Source: Octopus bimaculoides
Taxonomy: Eukaryota
DNA: 64,000 bases
Direction of reading: 5' to 3'
Assembly: GCF_001194135.2 (NCBI RefSeq)
Contig: NC_068992.1
Coordinates: 66,758,928-66,822,927 of the forward strand
Shown: positions 1 to 13,732 of the stretch, piece after piece
Layout of the letters: each line of letters opens with the position of its first letter
Numbering within the stretch: the stretch's first letter is position 1
Position numbers and translations under genes: made by a program
Notes under the pieces: generated by a model
Database searches by the model: none
Told to the model about the DNA's origin: nothing
The model's input: only the letters and a program-made list of their open reading frames with translations

Positions 1-63
1 TTTCACTTGTTTGTAAACTTTCCAGTTTTCATTACTACTTCACGCATCTACCCACGTTTACCT

Positions 64-147
64 ACCTGTTAACCTACCTGCCTACCTACCTACCTACCTA
101 CCTACCTACCTACCTACCTACCCATATACATACATACATACATACAT
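64..147. repeat. (CCTA)n followed by (TACA)n tetranucleotide microsatellite
   Basis: Direct reading of tandem units. Confidence 0.95.
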
Positions 148-1836
148 CACGTACGTATAGAAACAGCAAGCATATTTTATTTCCCTTCCTCAATAATGCA
201 TCTGATCCCCAAACGTCGGAGGTTTTCTCTTTCCCTAGCTGACTTCATTCATTTTAACAAACTTTTTCTTATATTTCTGTAATAACAAAAGAGATATCAA
301 TGGATTCGATGTTGTGCAAATCTAATTTCTTCAGAGAAAACAGTTTAGCAAATAAAATCTACTCCTGGATATTACTGGGAACAATTTTGTCTCCGAAGAA
401 ATGTCACAGGGTCGTAGAAACAGGAAGATACTGTCACTTTGTTCCCTTTTCTTCTAACTTTAAATCGCTTGGAAGATTATTTTGCCGATTAAAGTTTAAG
501 ACAGAGTTTAAAGTCGACTTTCAAAGATTTGAACCCATGGTACAAAAGTTTTAGCATTTAACTTTGTTTGCTCCCTAAACAGCAAAACAAGTTTGTGTCC
601 GTTGTTAAGGTTTGGTTTCTCAACGTAACGAGAAAAGAACTTTAGACACAATTCCAGTAAAAATTGTGTGAAAATATCTATTTGAGGTGGATGTGTGGTT
701 TAAATTAGAAATTGGAACTTCAAATATATATTTTTTAATAACATAAAGAACACACGTCGAAAAATGTTAGTGGAAGTGATAGATCCAATTTCAGTCGCCT
801 GACAGCTGTCAGATTAACAGAAATAATTTGAAGCTTACAATAAATTTTCTTTGATTCTGCGACCAGAAACACATTTCCAAGAAGACAGAAAAAGACGGTT
901 ATTTTTTATTCAATTTAAAGCTTATAGCCAAGTAGTTCACTAATATTTTTTCCTTTGCATAAATGGAAAGCCTAAAAAATAATCACCGGAATAATACATA
1001 ATCAAACAAATAAACGGAAAAAAAACGTTAATGAGAAAAAACAAAGAAACAAAAAACAAAAAAACAAAGTGATTAGTTAAAGGAAGTTTATAAGTATGTT
1101 GTGAATATTTGTTCGGGTTGAAAGGAAATGATGCTTAAATCGAATAAAAACATATAAAATAACCAAAAAACCGATCAAAGAAACGGGTGAACGATAGAAT
1201 CAACAGAAATGGTAAAAATATGCAGTTGTAGAATACTAATAGAAACGATAGAAGCCATTTGAAAATGTTTACTAGGAGCATTAATCTTGACAATATTAGG
1301 ACGGAATGCAAATCTTTCATGACAATTCTTATTAAGAGGAGTTTTTTGTCTAACGAAGAAATGACAATAAAAAGCAGTTTCATGGCAGCTCATAGTCGCA
1401 CAGTTATTTAAGAGAAGAATTTTAGTGAATTGTCCTAAAGCTATTACCTGAGTTTCTTCGTAATATCACGTGAAGTAGTAGTTTCATAGACTCTGTAACA
1501 CTTTACTAATGTAATTATTCACAGGTAGACATACACATAGGCGTAAATATATATATANNNNNNNNNNNNNNNNNNNNNNNNNNNNNNNNNNNNNNNNNNN
1601 NNNNNNNNNNNNNNNNNNNNNNNNNNNNNNNNNNNNNNNNNNNNNNNNNNNNNNNNNNNNNNNNNNNNNNNNNNNNNNNNNNNNNNNNNNNNNNNNNNNN
1701 NNNNNNNNNNNNNNNNNNNNNNNNNNNNNNNNNNNNNNNNNNNNNNNNNNNNNNNNNNNNNNNNNNNNNNNNNNNNNNNNNNNNNNNNNNNNNNNNNNNN
1801 NNNNNNNNNNNNNNNNNNNNNNNNNNNNNNNNNNNN

Positions 1837-1867
<31 letters not shown>

Positions 1868-2409
1868 GCAATCTGGAGAAGCTACGGTTTTCAGAAAAAG
1901 AAATGAGCCAACTCGCATACTACAAATACAATTTATTAGCGGAACGCTAATAATATGCGAGACTTTTCTAAATGAGGTTGGTTCCCACTGGAATCTGTTT
2001 AAAATTCATTCGTATTTCTTTGGATCAGAGGAGGGGATCAAATGGTTGACATCTCCCCTTCAACGTGATAACCATCACTGCCACTACTGCCCCCCTATCA
2101 ATGTATCCGTCCTTAACTCCTTCATAATAAGCAACGATCGCTGCATGGCGTACTAGTCAACGTTAGCGAAACACGTGTAAAGATCATAGATTTTATGATG
2201 TTAAAAAAATTCCAACCGAATTTCTGTTTTTATTCTGATCTTGGAGCTACTTTGTGTAATCTCTGTAAATGTCTTTAAGACCAGAAGAAAATCTGAGGAC
2301 AAATTATGTTTTATATCGGAATGCAGGCTGGATAAACATGGATTTACATGGAATTCTAAGCAAATGTTAACTGGAATGCTATATCATTCGAAGTAGTAAC
2401 ATTTCAATA

Positions 2410-2448
<39 letters not shown>

Positions 2449-3242
2449 GCTTGCATAAATACATACACAAATACATACATACATACATACATACATACAT
2501 ACATACATAAATATATATATACATATATACATGCATACATACATGTATACATATACATACATGTGTATACACACACACACACAGATATATATATGCACAT
2601 ATACAGATATACATATGCAGATATATACACACATGTATGTTGCAGCTATATATGCATATGTTTAAATGTCTTTGTATTTTTGCCTACACACAATATATGT
2701 GTGCGTGCGTGTGTATATTGGGGCATATGAATATGTATGAGTAAGTATGTGTATGTGAATGTGTGTGTGTGTGTGTTTGTGTGTGTGTGTTTGTGTGTGT
2801 GTGTATAAGTGTGTTAAGTTCACTTAAAGAAACGAGACAATAAAATCTACAGTAAAATTTGCGCTGATAAAAACAGTCACGAACATTAGTAATGTAAAAT
2901 TTTTGTGGAACACGAGAGAGTCTAAATAATTCTTGTAGCGTCTGTAGCTCAGTCATTTAACTGGGAATATGGAGAGAAATAGAGGAGTGAGGGAGAGTAT
3001 GGAGAGAGAGAGAGAGGGAGAGAGGTAGAGGGAGAAATCAGTGTATGCAAATAAAATCTTCAGAAATATGATAAGTTGAAGAAAATTCTGTTGGTTTAAG
3101 ACACAGCAAGCTCCAGCATTAAAAGTAGGAAGTTGCTTCATCATTAAAATAATATTATGTACTACAGAATGTTCTAGAAAATATAAAAGTGTTGCTTTTG
3201 GGAGCTTGTTCGGAAATATGTAATGTACAGTGAAAAACGAAC

Positions 3243-3316
<74 letters not shown>

Positions 3317-3925
3317 NNNNNNNNNNNNNNNNNNNNNNNNNNNNNNNNNNNNNNNNNNNNNNNNNNNNNNNNNNNNNNNNNNNNNNNNNNNNNNNNNNNN
3401 NNNNNNNNNNNNNNNNNNNNNNNNNNNNNNNNNNNNNNNNNNNNNNNNNNNNNNNNNNNNNNNNNNNNNNNNNNNNNNNNNNNNNNNNNNNNNNNNNNNN
3501 NNNNNNNNNNNNNNNNNNNNNNNNNNNNNNNNNNNNNNNNNNNNNNNNNNNNNNNNNNNNNNNNNNNNNNNNNNNNNNNNNNNNNNNNNNNNNNNNNNNN
3601 NNNNNNNNNNNNNNNNNNNNNNNNNNNNNNNNNNNNNNNNNNNNNNNNNNNNNNNNNNNNNNNNNNNNNNNNNNNNNNNNNNNNNNNNNNNNNNNNNNNN
3701 NNNNNNNNNNNNNNNNNNNNNNNNNNNNNNNNNNNNNNNNNNNNNNNNNNNNNNNNNNNNNNNNNNNNNNNNNNNNNNNNNNNNNNNNNNNNNNNNNNNN
3801 NNNNNNNNNNNNNNNNNNNNNNNNNNNNNNNNNNNNNNNNNNNNNNNNNNNNNNNNNNNNNNNGGCAAATAATGAGGTCGAAGATGAAAAATGGGTAACG
3901 GGCAAATATGCCATATTTCAGGGGG

Positions 3926-3966
<41 letters not shown>

Positions 3967-4096
3967 TGGGCTTCCGCATAATTTCCATCTAAAACATTTA
4001 CTTTTCAGATATTGCTCTACGTCAGCCTATGATTAAGTATGTAAACCCATCTCAAACCACGCTATTACTTTATCAGTATAATTATGAATGGATCTA

Positions 4097-4148
4097 CGCT
4101 GCTTTGAAGAAGTCATGTGAAATGTCAACAGTCTTGAAACGACGAGCG
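4097..4148 (+). ncRNA. Decayed minimal hammerhead-like motif (Penelope-like remnant)
   Basis: cgctgct-TTGAAGA-A-gtc...gtctt-GAAAC-GAC-gagcg. Flanks cgct/agcg can form stem I. Core has C3>U and U16.1>A, so it is predicted inactive. Confidence 0.3.
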
Positions 4149-4339
4149 TTTTCTTAATTAGTCGACATGCCGAATAGACTTGCCAGTTCTTCAACATTAC
4201 TAAATAGGTTTTTTCTTTTTTTACATCTGAAAATATTTTTTCGCCATTAAATATATTTTCATTTACTGAACTATTCTAAGTGAGTTACATTACAAGAAAG
4301 TTTTATATAAATTCATATATACCCTACATATATATATAC

Positions 4340-4379
<40 letters not shown>

Positions 4380-6044
4380 GTATATATATACACAGTGTAT
4401 AACTATGTACACTATTGTTCATGAAGCCATTAACGCCACATAGAACACCAAAGCTTACAGATTAATATTTGCTTCAGAAATTTTAATAAAACATTTATGG
4501 CAAGGAATTTGAATGTAATAAAGAATTATATTTGATTTCTCATAAAATATGTACTTATTGCCGATGGAATCGTTTATTTAGTTTTGGTTTAATTAATTCC
4601 AAGTTTAATTCAGAAGCGAACACAAAGATCATACCCTGGAATACCTTTAGAAATCTTTCAGAATTTAAACACAAAATACGTTTCTTCGCGCGCGCGTGCA
4701 CACACAACGCAAACAGCTGTCTCTCTCCCTATAATATTTGCATATACACACATACATATATAAATATATGTATATATGTAAATATGTGTGTGTGTGTGTG
4801 TGTGTACATGCAAATGCACATATAGACGTGCATATTGGGAACAGGTTGTTACATACGTATGTAAGAATATAGGCAGACATCGTCAAAAACAGAGCTATAC
4901 ATGCAAACACATTTACAGATCAAAGGGAAGCCATGACCTTTCTCCGACTGCAAGGTGAAAAATCATTGAATTTTCTTTTATAGAATTGTAATACCTGCCA
5001 CCTTCATTCGCCTCCCCAAAGATCAGTTCTTCTCTTTTTCGGATTCACTTCACCTCTGCAAGAAGGAACTCAATACACATCGTGCAAGTGGCCTTTCATG
5101 CTGCTGGCAATTCCTTGTTTCCTTTTGATCTTTATTAATGTTTACGGCATCGATTTACCAAAGATCTTCAGTTGGTTTCAATTCTCCGCTGAATAACTTA
5201 AAAGCATATTTTTAAAAGTTAGTTATGGCTTTAACAAGACCCCTCTATTTTCTTGCCATTTTTCAAAGGTAATCGTTTTGTAAGAATATTTACCAAAAAT
5301 AACCGAAATAGAAATAAATGAGAAGTAATCAACATGTTTTTTTTTCTCCCCCCCCCCAACAAAAATGGCGAGAGAAGTTTTATAGATAAGTTTCATATGA
5401 GGCAGTTAATAGTAGAAATATGGTGTATAGGAAGATGACATGTAATAACGCAAAATTTTAGAGAAGATTAAAAATTGGATGTGTGTATATGTGTGCGTTT
5501 ACTCTCTCTCCCCCTCCACCTCCTCTTCCTCCTCTCTCAGAAAAAATAAACAAATAAAACGAATTGAAGTGAAGTTATCTAAAATCTATTTTTGTCGTGA
5601 GCGTTTGAATAATTTAAACTAAAAGTCAGCTTCACAGAATTTGCTGCAAATATGTTTCTGATGCTTCTTTTGAAAGTGAGTGGATGAGGCGGCAGAAAGA
5701 TTACCTTTTACATTGACTATTTTAAGGCCGTAGTAAGACTTATAAATTTAAGGTGAGTGAATGAGGCCTCAAAAAGAGATCTTATATAGATTTACAATTT
5801 CCTTTCAAGTCTGAGAATAAAAAAACAAAACAAAACAAATAAATATTCTTTGAACTGTTTTTCCTTTTGTACTTTAATCATGGCTGGTAGGAAAGAGAAA
5901 TAACTCAATCGCCTTATTATAGCCATTTCACTCTCGTCACTTTATTATTGGTCTTGGAAACAGCACAAACGTTACCTAATTCTACTTTTCGCATTTACTT
6001 AATTCCTATGAGGTATTTCACCTACAGTTAAACACCTGAAGTGC

Positions 6045-6195
6045 AGCATAAAGGTTCAAATAAGGCCAGTGGGGTCGACTTTGCCTTTCATCTTTTCGGG
6101 TTAGATAAATTAAGTACCAGTCAACTACTGGGGTCGATGTAATTGACTATCCCCCCTCCCCCAAAGTTGCTGTCCTTGTGACAGACTTTGAAAAC
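6045..6195 (+). mobile_element. Octopus-type tRNA-derived SINE family A, 5'-truncated
   Basis: ggggtcgactttgcctttcatc...gataaattaagtaccag...ctggggtcgat matches other copies in the window (9065, 49010, 53765). Confidence 0.85.
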
Positions 6196-6637
6196 ATTTG
6201 CATTTGATGCCTTCGTGCAGAATCTGATCCGACTGTTTTCTGTTAGGTGAGATTTTAATATTTCGAAATGCTAACATATTCTACCAAAATATTTTCCGTT
6301 TGGCATTTTAAAGCGACAAAATATGAAATCTCAATCAGAAGGAGACATTGCAATGATGTATCACATTTTATAAATCTATGGAGGATTATTTATTGTAATA
6401 GCCTTCAACAACACAATGCCAAAGTTGTAATAGGAATGGTTTCAAATGTCTTGCTTCATATATTTTTCATCCAACACCAGGAAAATATTAAAAAAGAAAA
6501 TAAATACCAATGGGAATAAATGAAATAAATCTGGAACTTAATGTTCAATTTTGTTGTTTTTGATGTAGTTTGGATGTTATATGTCAGATATAATGGAAAT
6601 GGGCAAAAATGCTTCAGCAGATGTATTTCTATTTTTT

Positions 6638-6638
<1 letters not shown>

Positions 6639-6718
<80 letters not shown>
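6639..6718. repeat. Compound (AAT)n-(GAT)n microsatellite
   Basis: Direct reading. It generates the poly-N/poly-D and poly-I/poly-M ORFs. Confidence 0.95.
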
Positions 6719-7133
6719 TTGATAATTTTTATTTTCAATATCTATCGCTGGAAGGTGATAGCTGTACAAAGTTTCAGGAAAAGAAATCTCGGCTGGTTTC
6801 GTGTGTTTACGGTCGAGGTGCCATCGTCGCTGTACTGTGACCTTGATCAAACACTTAAGTCTGATCCGGTATAGGCACCATGGGGAGGCACAGCTTAACA
6901 ATTTGGACAGTAAAAACGTCAAAATGAAGAGTCTTTGAATGCGGAGATGGAATTCGACTTCAAATAAATAAACCCAATGAAAAAAAGAGAATCATTGCAA
7001 AACAAAGACGCACAACGTGGAAGTAGGACTTCGTCAAAAGACGCAGGTTGGCAGACTGGTGTCTTAGGGTCGCATAAAGTAGCTTCTAGTGGCAGAAGCC
7101 CGAACTACAACGGTCTTCTCCCACAGAAAACAT

Positions 7134-7162
7134 CTCCAGTTACTTTGGGGGTACCCCTCGTA
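7134..7162 (-). mobile_element. Possible mariner-type terminal inverted repeat (single end; the element may extend left to about 6740)
   Basis: Minus strand reads TA-CGAGGGGTACCCCCAAAGTAACTGGAG, resembling TACGAGGG...AAAAGTA mariner termini. The GC-richer stretch to the left has no partner TIR or recognisable transposase. Confidence 0.35.
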
Positions 7163-7164
7163 TA

Positions 7165-7226
<62 letters not shown>

Positions 7227-7830
7227 TTGGCAACTAATACACACTACAGTTATGTTATCAACCGGTTGTTATCAATAAGACGCATCTCAAAATGATTAAA
7301 ATATGCGGCTTTGTTTTACAAGTTTACTAATTCCAGCCTTTGTATTGTGATCATGCCGGGGCCCACCACACAAATGTTACCATATACTTACAGACACATA
7401 AGCGTATACACACACACACACACACACGTATTTATGTTTATGTGGACATTATATGAATCAATATCGCTCGTTCAAATTGAAAATCTCAGCGAAATCTGTT
7501 TTCGGAAGTAAACGATGGATGATAGTTGAACATAACCGAGAAATGAATTAAATTAGACAGACATTGAAGCTCTTATTTCATCATTAACATTTTGTCTATT
7601 CACCGCGTTGTTTTACTTTCTTCCAATTTCTTCCACTAATTTCGGAAACGGGAATTACAGTTTTCTATTTTGGTTGTTTATAGGAAAATGAAACATCTAT
7701 TTAAAGTTTGTAGAATCTGAAATATCAATAATTGAGTTTGTATAACAAGTCCAAATACACTTAAGCACAGGTACACACACACGCACACACAGACACACAC
7801 ACAGGCACACACACAGACACACACACAGAA

Positions 7831-7866
<36 letters not shown>

Positions 7867-8153
7867 TAATTAATAGATATACACACACTCCTCACCACAT
7901 GACGTACATGTACATTAATAAAGTTTCACATGAAATTGCGTAGATATTCACATTGCTGTGTATATATATTTACACACACGCACACACACACACACACACA
8001 CAGACCACATACACATACCACACACACACACACACCAGTGACTAACTTACAAATCTCCACGATGTCTGGAACTCACAGCAGAGTAAAAAATATATACAAA
8101 TAGGAAAAAATGTGTGTATTCACGTATGTATATTATGTATTCATATATACATC

Positions 8154-8194
<41 letters not shown>

Positions 8195-8198
8195 TCTC

Positions 8199-8248
<50 letters not shown>

Positions 8249-8632
8249 GCACACACAAGATTTTGGACTGTTATATGCAAACCTCTGCAAGGAAATAGCG
8301 AAAGATTAAACTCGTCATATATTTGTTGGTCTGAATCCCAAAGGAAGTGGGGGAGGGTTGAAAGGTGGCTAGGGTAGGTCTCGCAGAACTTACCTTGGTT
8401 TCACTGTCGGTTGAAGACTTTCCTCGCAATACTTTACTTATTTTCTGGAACTCCAAGAACTATAAGAAGCACCTTAAACTGTCATAAATTCAATTAGGGG
8501 TTAAACTAACCTCGTTAAGGGATGGTGTCATCTAAAAAGTTACTGGTTCAATACCTAACGTTTATTGGGAATAATAATATTCGTAAATTAATAGGTTTGT
8601 ATATAAACCATGGTTTATGATCATTCAAATGA

Positions 8633-8990
8633 AAAATAAGAAAATGGAGATATAGAATTTAATAAAGATTTATTATCGGCAAAAATCAAACATAGTCCCT
8701 TACAGCTGTTTCAATTAAGCCCAGTAAAGATTAAGCCCAATAAAGATTATTTTAGATTCATCACAGCAGACTTATAGAATCATCACAGCTGTGATGAATC
8801 TAGAATACAACAGATGAAAAAACCTAAGGGTATATATTTTTTTACCCCTCTGAAGAGATTTTGCCTCCCCAAATGATTTTAATAATATTTATTTAATCTT
8901 TATTGGGCTTAACTGAAGCAGCTGTAAAGGACTATGTTTGAATTTTGCTGATAATATCTTTATTAAATGCTATATCGCCATTTTCTTATT

Positions 8991-8993
<3 letters not shown>
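8633..8993. mobile_element. Inverted pair (about 100-bp arms) of a short repeat carrying a hammerhead-like GAAACAGCTGTA motif; Penelope-like or foldback element
   Basis: 8633-8733 and 8895-8993 are reverse complements (about 90%). Central 18-bp palindrome tcatcacagctgtgatga at 8780-8797. GAAACAGCTGTA is on the minus strand at 8701-8712 and GAAGCAGCTGTA on the plus strand at 8915-8926. Confidence 0.7.
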
Positions 8994-9037
<44 letters not shown>

Positions 9038-9064
9038 TGTATGCATATGTATGTCTGTATGTAT

Positions 9065-9278
9065 GAGGCGAGCTGGCAGAATCGTTGGCAGGCGGCACGA
9101 TTTGAATTAGCAGCATTTCGTCCGCCGACTTTGCATTCTGAGATGGAATTCCGCACAGGTCGACTCTACCTTTCATACTTTCGTGGTCAATAAACTAAGT
9201 ACCAGTCAAACACTCGGCTCAATGTAATCGAATTCCTCATCTCAAAAACCGTTGATTTTGTGCCAAAACTTGAAACCA
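9065..9278 (+). mobile_element. SINE family A, near full length
   Basis: Head gaggcgagctggcagaatcgtt..., gtcgactctacctttcat, aagtaccagtc, 3' end ttgtgccaaaacttgaaacc. Confidence 0.88.
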
Positions 9279-9949
9279 CATACATACATACATACCCACC
9301 CCCACATATATAAAGCGAGTTTCTATTTCATAACACAAATGCAGTTTAGCAGAGAATCCTGGAATCAATTCCACCAAGGTAAACAGTTAGAATATCGAAT
9401 GAAGGCAATTAACTATAAAAATACAAAATATATCGATTTTTCTCACTTTATTTTTATTTCATTTTCATCATTCCCTCTCACTTTCGGTTATTTTCAATTA
9501 AATGTCTCAACTAAGTCGCCAATCGATACAAGCGCCATAAGCCGTGTTTCTCTGAAACACTTCACTCTATCTTCAGACGATATTCTGCTCAATTTTCCAA
9601 GCTGTTTCTCATCGTATCACTATTTATTCTAAATCTTACACAATATTATCCATTTAGTTATTAAGAATCTGTTCTCAATTACTTATTTACTTAAACTCAA
9701 CACATCATTACATTGATATATTGTTATATCTTAAACATACTTAAACGTTGCCAAGTTATTAGTCTCCACGGTTTGATTGCATTTTTCTTCATCGTAAAAC
9801 GAAACCATTTTCATTAATAACCCGAGCCATTGCGTTCCTGCCATGGATGAAAAACTGAAAATACATACAAACATATGTAAGTACACATATATGCATATAT
9901 ATATGTACATACATGCAAATTTACACAGACACACACAATCTAGCACTTC

Positions 9950-10200
9950 GTTGGTTAGAAGGACGAGTGTTCTAGTTGATCCGATCAATGAAACAGCGGC
10001 GCGTAAAATTAACGTGAAAGTGGCTGAGCACTCCACAGACACGCGCACACCCTTGCCATAGATGTGAGGGAGATTCAGCATGACACAGAATGTGACAAGG
10101 CTGGCCTTCTGTAATTAGCTGAGTAGAATGAAGCGGCGTGAAATAAAGTGTCTTGCTTAAGAGACACTACACGACGCCGGGCGTGTTGTGTCCTTGAGCA
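9950..10200 (+). mobile_element. Octopus-type SINE family C fragment
   Basis: agttgatccgatcaatgaaacagc...gtggctgagcactccacagacacg...ggagattcagcatgacacagaatgtgacaaggctggcc, a recurrent octopus repeat recognised from memory and not database-checked. Confidence 0.6.
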
Positions 10201-11227
10201 AGACTCTTGTTTAAGTACACAGCATCTGTGTATATAGGCATTCATACAAATAATCCGTTGTTCTCGCAACTGCGTTACTTAATGTCTGAGTATTCCACAG
10301 TAACGCGTGTCATTAACGTAGGATCGACGTGATAAAGTGGCTGGCAAGGGTCGTGCCATTGAAAAGGAGCAACAACATCGTCCTTTCTCACTTGTTGCTC
10401 CCTCAATATGCAACACCGTTTGTCTGTATAGGAAAGAAATGGTTTTATTTTAAATAATCCTGAAGGGGTTCTGAGGCAGCTGATCGTTGAAATAGGACGC
10501 GTGATACACAGTTTGGCATTGTTCACACTATCAAACATCAACAAGAATTACCCAACGACGTTTCCCTTATTTTTGACTCAGTATTCGAACTGGAATAAAC
10601 ACAGAACCCATTACTCTCTAGCAGTGAAACGCCATCTTGCGAGAAACATTACAAATGATTGTCTGCCGTTTATAGCTTCATTGTTGTGTAAAATTGGTTG
10701 CAAGTTGATATAAGCATCAATTGTATTAAAAGTGTTGTGAATTATCCAATGAAATGAAGACGTTACTTTCTGATGAATGGTTTTCGAAGGAACTGGACGA
10801 TGCTGAATGAAAAATGAAGAATTGAAGAAATGAAACTTTAACTAACGAAGAACCATTATTCTGCCAAATGTGTCATAGAAACATTTCTATGGATGCAACT
10901 AGTCTTCGGAATAAGAATTGGTCAAATAGCGATGTGTGTGTGTGTGTGTGTGTGAATGTAGTTAACTGAGCATATTGATCAAAATGGTTCACCATTGTCG
11001 TTTTAAGAACAATGAGAAGATAATATAAGAAGGAGAACGATGAAATTATTGATAGCCGATATCATTGCAACGGTAGAGAGAAAGCTTTAATAGCCATGAG
11101 ATGACGATAATAAATAAATCGATACTTTTCTGCCAGTATAAGTTTGCGTTTCTTTATTTTATTCGCAGATGGAAATCAATAATTTTTAGAACTTTCTAGT
11201 TAACAATACAGCCAAAAAGGTATATGC

Positions 11228-11259
<32 letters not shown>

Positions 11260-11859
11260 NNNNNNNNNNNNNNNNNNNNNNNNNNNNNNNNNNNNNNNNN
11301 NNNNNNNNNNNNNNNNNNNNNNNNNNNNNNNNNNNNNNNNNNNNNNNNNNNNNNNNNNNNNNNNNNNNNNNNNNNNNNNNNNNNNNNNNNNNNNNNNNNN
11401 NNNNNNNNNNNNNNNNNNNNNNNNNNNNNNNNNNNNNNNNNNNNNNNNNNNNNNNNNNNNNNNNNNNNNNNNNNNNNNNNNNNNNNNNNNNNNNNNNNAG
11501 GATATGAAGCGGCTTCTCGACATATGTAAATTTTACACCAGTCCATATGCATATTTATACAAATTATCAAAGAAGATGGAAGATTTCAAAAATTTTATAT
11601 TTTATTTCAAATACTGTTTCCTTCCTCTTCGCACTACTTTGATTATCCGAATCCACGTCACACACAAAAACCAGACTTGCACACATACACACACACACAT
11701 ACACACACACACATACACACACACACACACACACATACACATACACGCATGCACACACAAACAGAGAAAGATATTAACTCTCTACATGTTTTATTTACAT
11801 ATCATTGCTATTATCTTCTTTCCTTTCCCTATCTACGTCATCAAGTGTATTTGTATGTA

Positions 11860-11890
<31 letters not shown>

Positions 11891-12564
11891 GTGTATATCT
11901 CTGTCTGTATATGTACACATGTATTCATGCATGCTCCTATATGTATATATATATATATATATTTGTGTGTGTGTGTGTGTGTATGTATATATGTGAAAAT
12001 ATGTGTGTGTGTGTATTCGATTTAATTCGATTTAAACCTAAATGCCTTATGCACAGACAAGCATATACAGGCAACGACACAGTGAGAAGTACGTAGCAGT
12101 TACACAGATACACACACAGACAAAAACACAGACACACACACAAAGTCTCTCACACACACATACACATATGCACACACACACACACACACGCACAATGTGT
12201 TCATATCTCGTCACATCTCATTATGAAGCAACGATAAAGATAGCAAAGCAAATAACGACACAAGACGAGGTAAAGACTTGGCAACAATCTTTCGCGCGCG
12301 TGCGGACACACGCACATACATACACATACGTATACATACGCACACAAAATTGAATATATGCATATGTGTATATATACTTATTTGTATAACTTTATAACTA
12401 TATATCTATATCTATCCATATATATACATATATGTACAATTATATATTTATACATATATGTATAAATATATATGCACACGCACATACATGTGTATACATA
12501 GATATACATGTATATGTATGTACACGTAAATATGTGTATGAATGTGTATATGTATATCTATATA

Positions 12565-12606
<42 letters not shown>

Positions 12607-12943
12607 NNNNNNNNNNNNNNNNNNNNNNNNNNNNNNNNNNNNNNNNNNNNNNNNNNNNNNNNNNNNNNNNNNNNNNNNNNNNNNNNNNNNNNNNNNNNNN
12701 NNNNNNNNNNNNNNNNNNNNNNNNNNNNNNNNNNNNNNNNNNNNNNNNNNNNNNNNNNNNNNNNNNNNNNNNNNNNNNNNNNNNNNNNNNNNNNNNNNNN
12801 NNNNNNNNNNNNNNNNNNNNNNNNNNNNNNNNNNNNNNNNNNNNNNNNNNNNNNNNNNNNNNNNNNNNNNNNNNNNNNNNNNNNNNNNNNNNNNNNNNNN
12901 NNNNNNNNNNNNNNNNNNNNNNNNNNNNNNNNNNNNNNNNNNN

Positions 12944-12979
<36 letters not shown>

Positions 12980-13648
12980 GCATATGTATGCCAAATACAA
13001 TTTAAATGTAGTTTATATTTTCTTTTAAAGGACTCGAAGTTCAGTTTAAAGCGATTCCCGCTCTCGCTTGGCTCAACGTCTCCCTGTTCAGTTCAATAAT
13101 CGATGACATCTTCCCTTTATTAATGACATGATCAATACTGATTCCCGTGTAAACTTTTTTCAGAATCGATCTGCTGCCAATATTATATGTTCAATGATTT
13201 TTTCATTGTCAATAATTCGAAATGGCATTTTGGTATGGTGCCATTGTGACAGCGGCATTTTCGCTTTTCATGTTTTTTTCCTCCCTCCGTTATTTTCTTC
13301 TTTTTTTTGCCTAAAGAGATTTGATCTCGCACCCTCACCACTCGTGCACAACCTCAAGCTACAAAGACAGACAGAATCCCGATAGACTTAAGTGTATCCC
13401 ACCCCACGGAATGAGGAAAAAAAATAAAAACATCTTTTGTGCATATTACTGTGATTTTGTGAATTAGATTTTTAACTGTAGGATTCTTACACATAAACAC
13501 ATACATATAAGAACTTACAAACACATACAAACACACACAGACACACACACGCACTTACACACAAAAGCATCATAAATATACATAAATATACACAGCTATA
13601 CACACAAACACATACGCAAAATTTATAGATTAAGTTATTCATATAGAA

Positions 13649-13649
13649 A

Positions 13650-13730
<81 letters not shown>
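13649..13730. repeat. (ATCT)n microsatellite
   Basis: Direct reading. Confidence 0.95.

Positions 13731-13732
<2 letters not shown>

Noticed and set aside
1135-1393. Two overlapping minus-strand ORFs with hydrophobic stretches
   Set aside because: No recognisable domain or convincing splice signals. AT-rich sequence readily gives such hydrophobic translations.
4990-5060. Minus-strand GEVNPKKRRTDLWGGE* after a ttgcag acceptor
   Set aside because: Only 16 codons with an NLS-like word and no supporting exons. Chance is likely.
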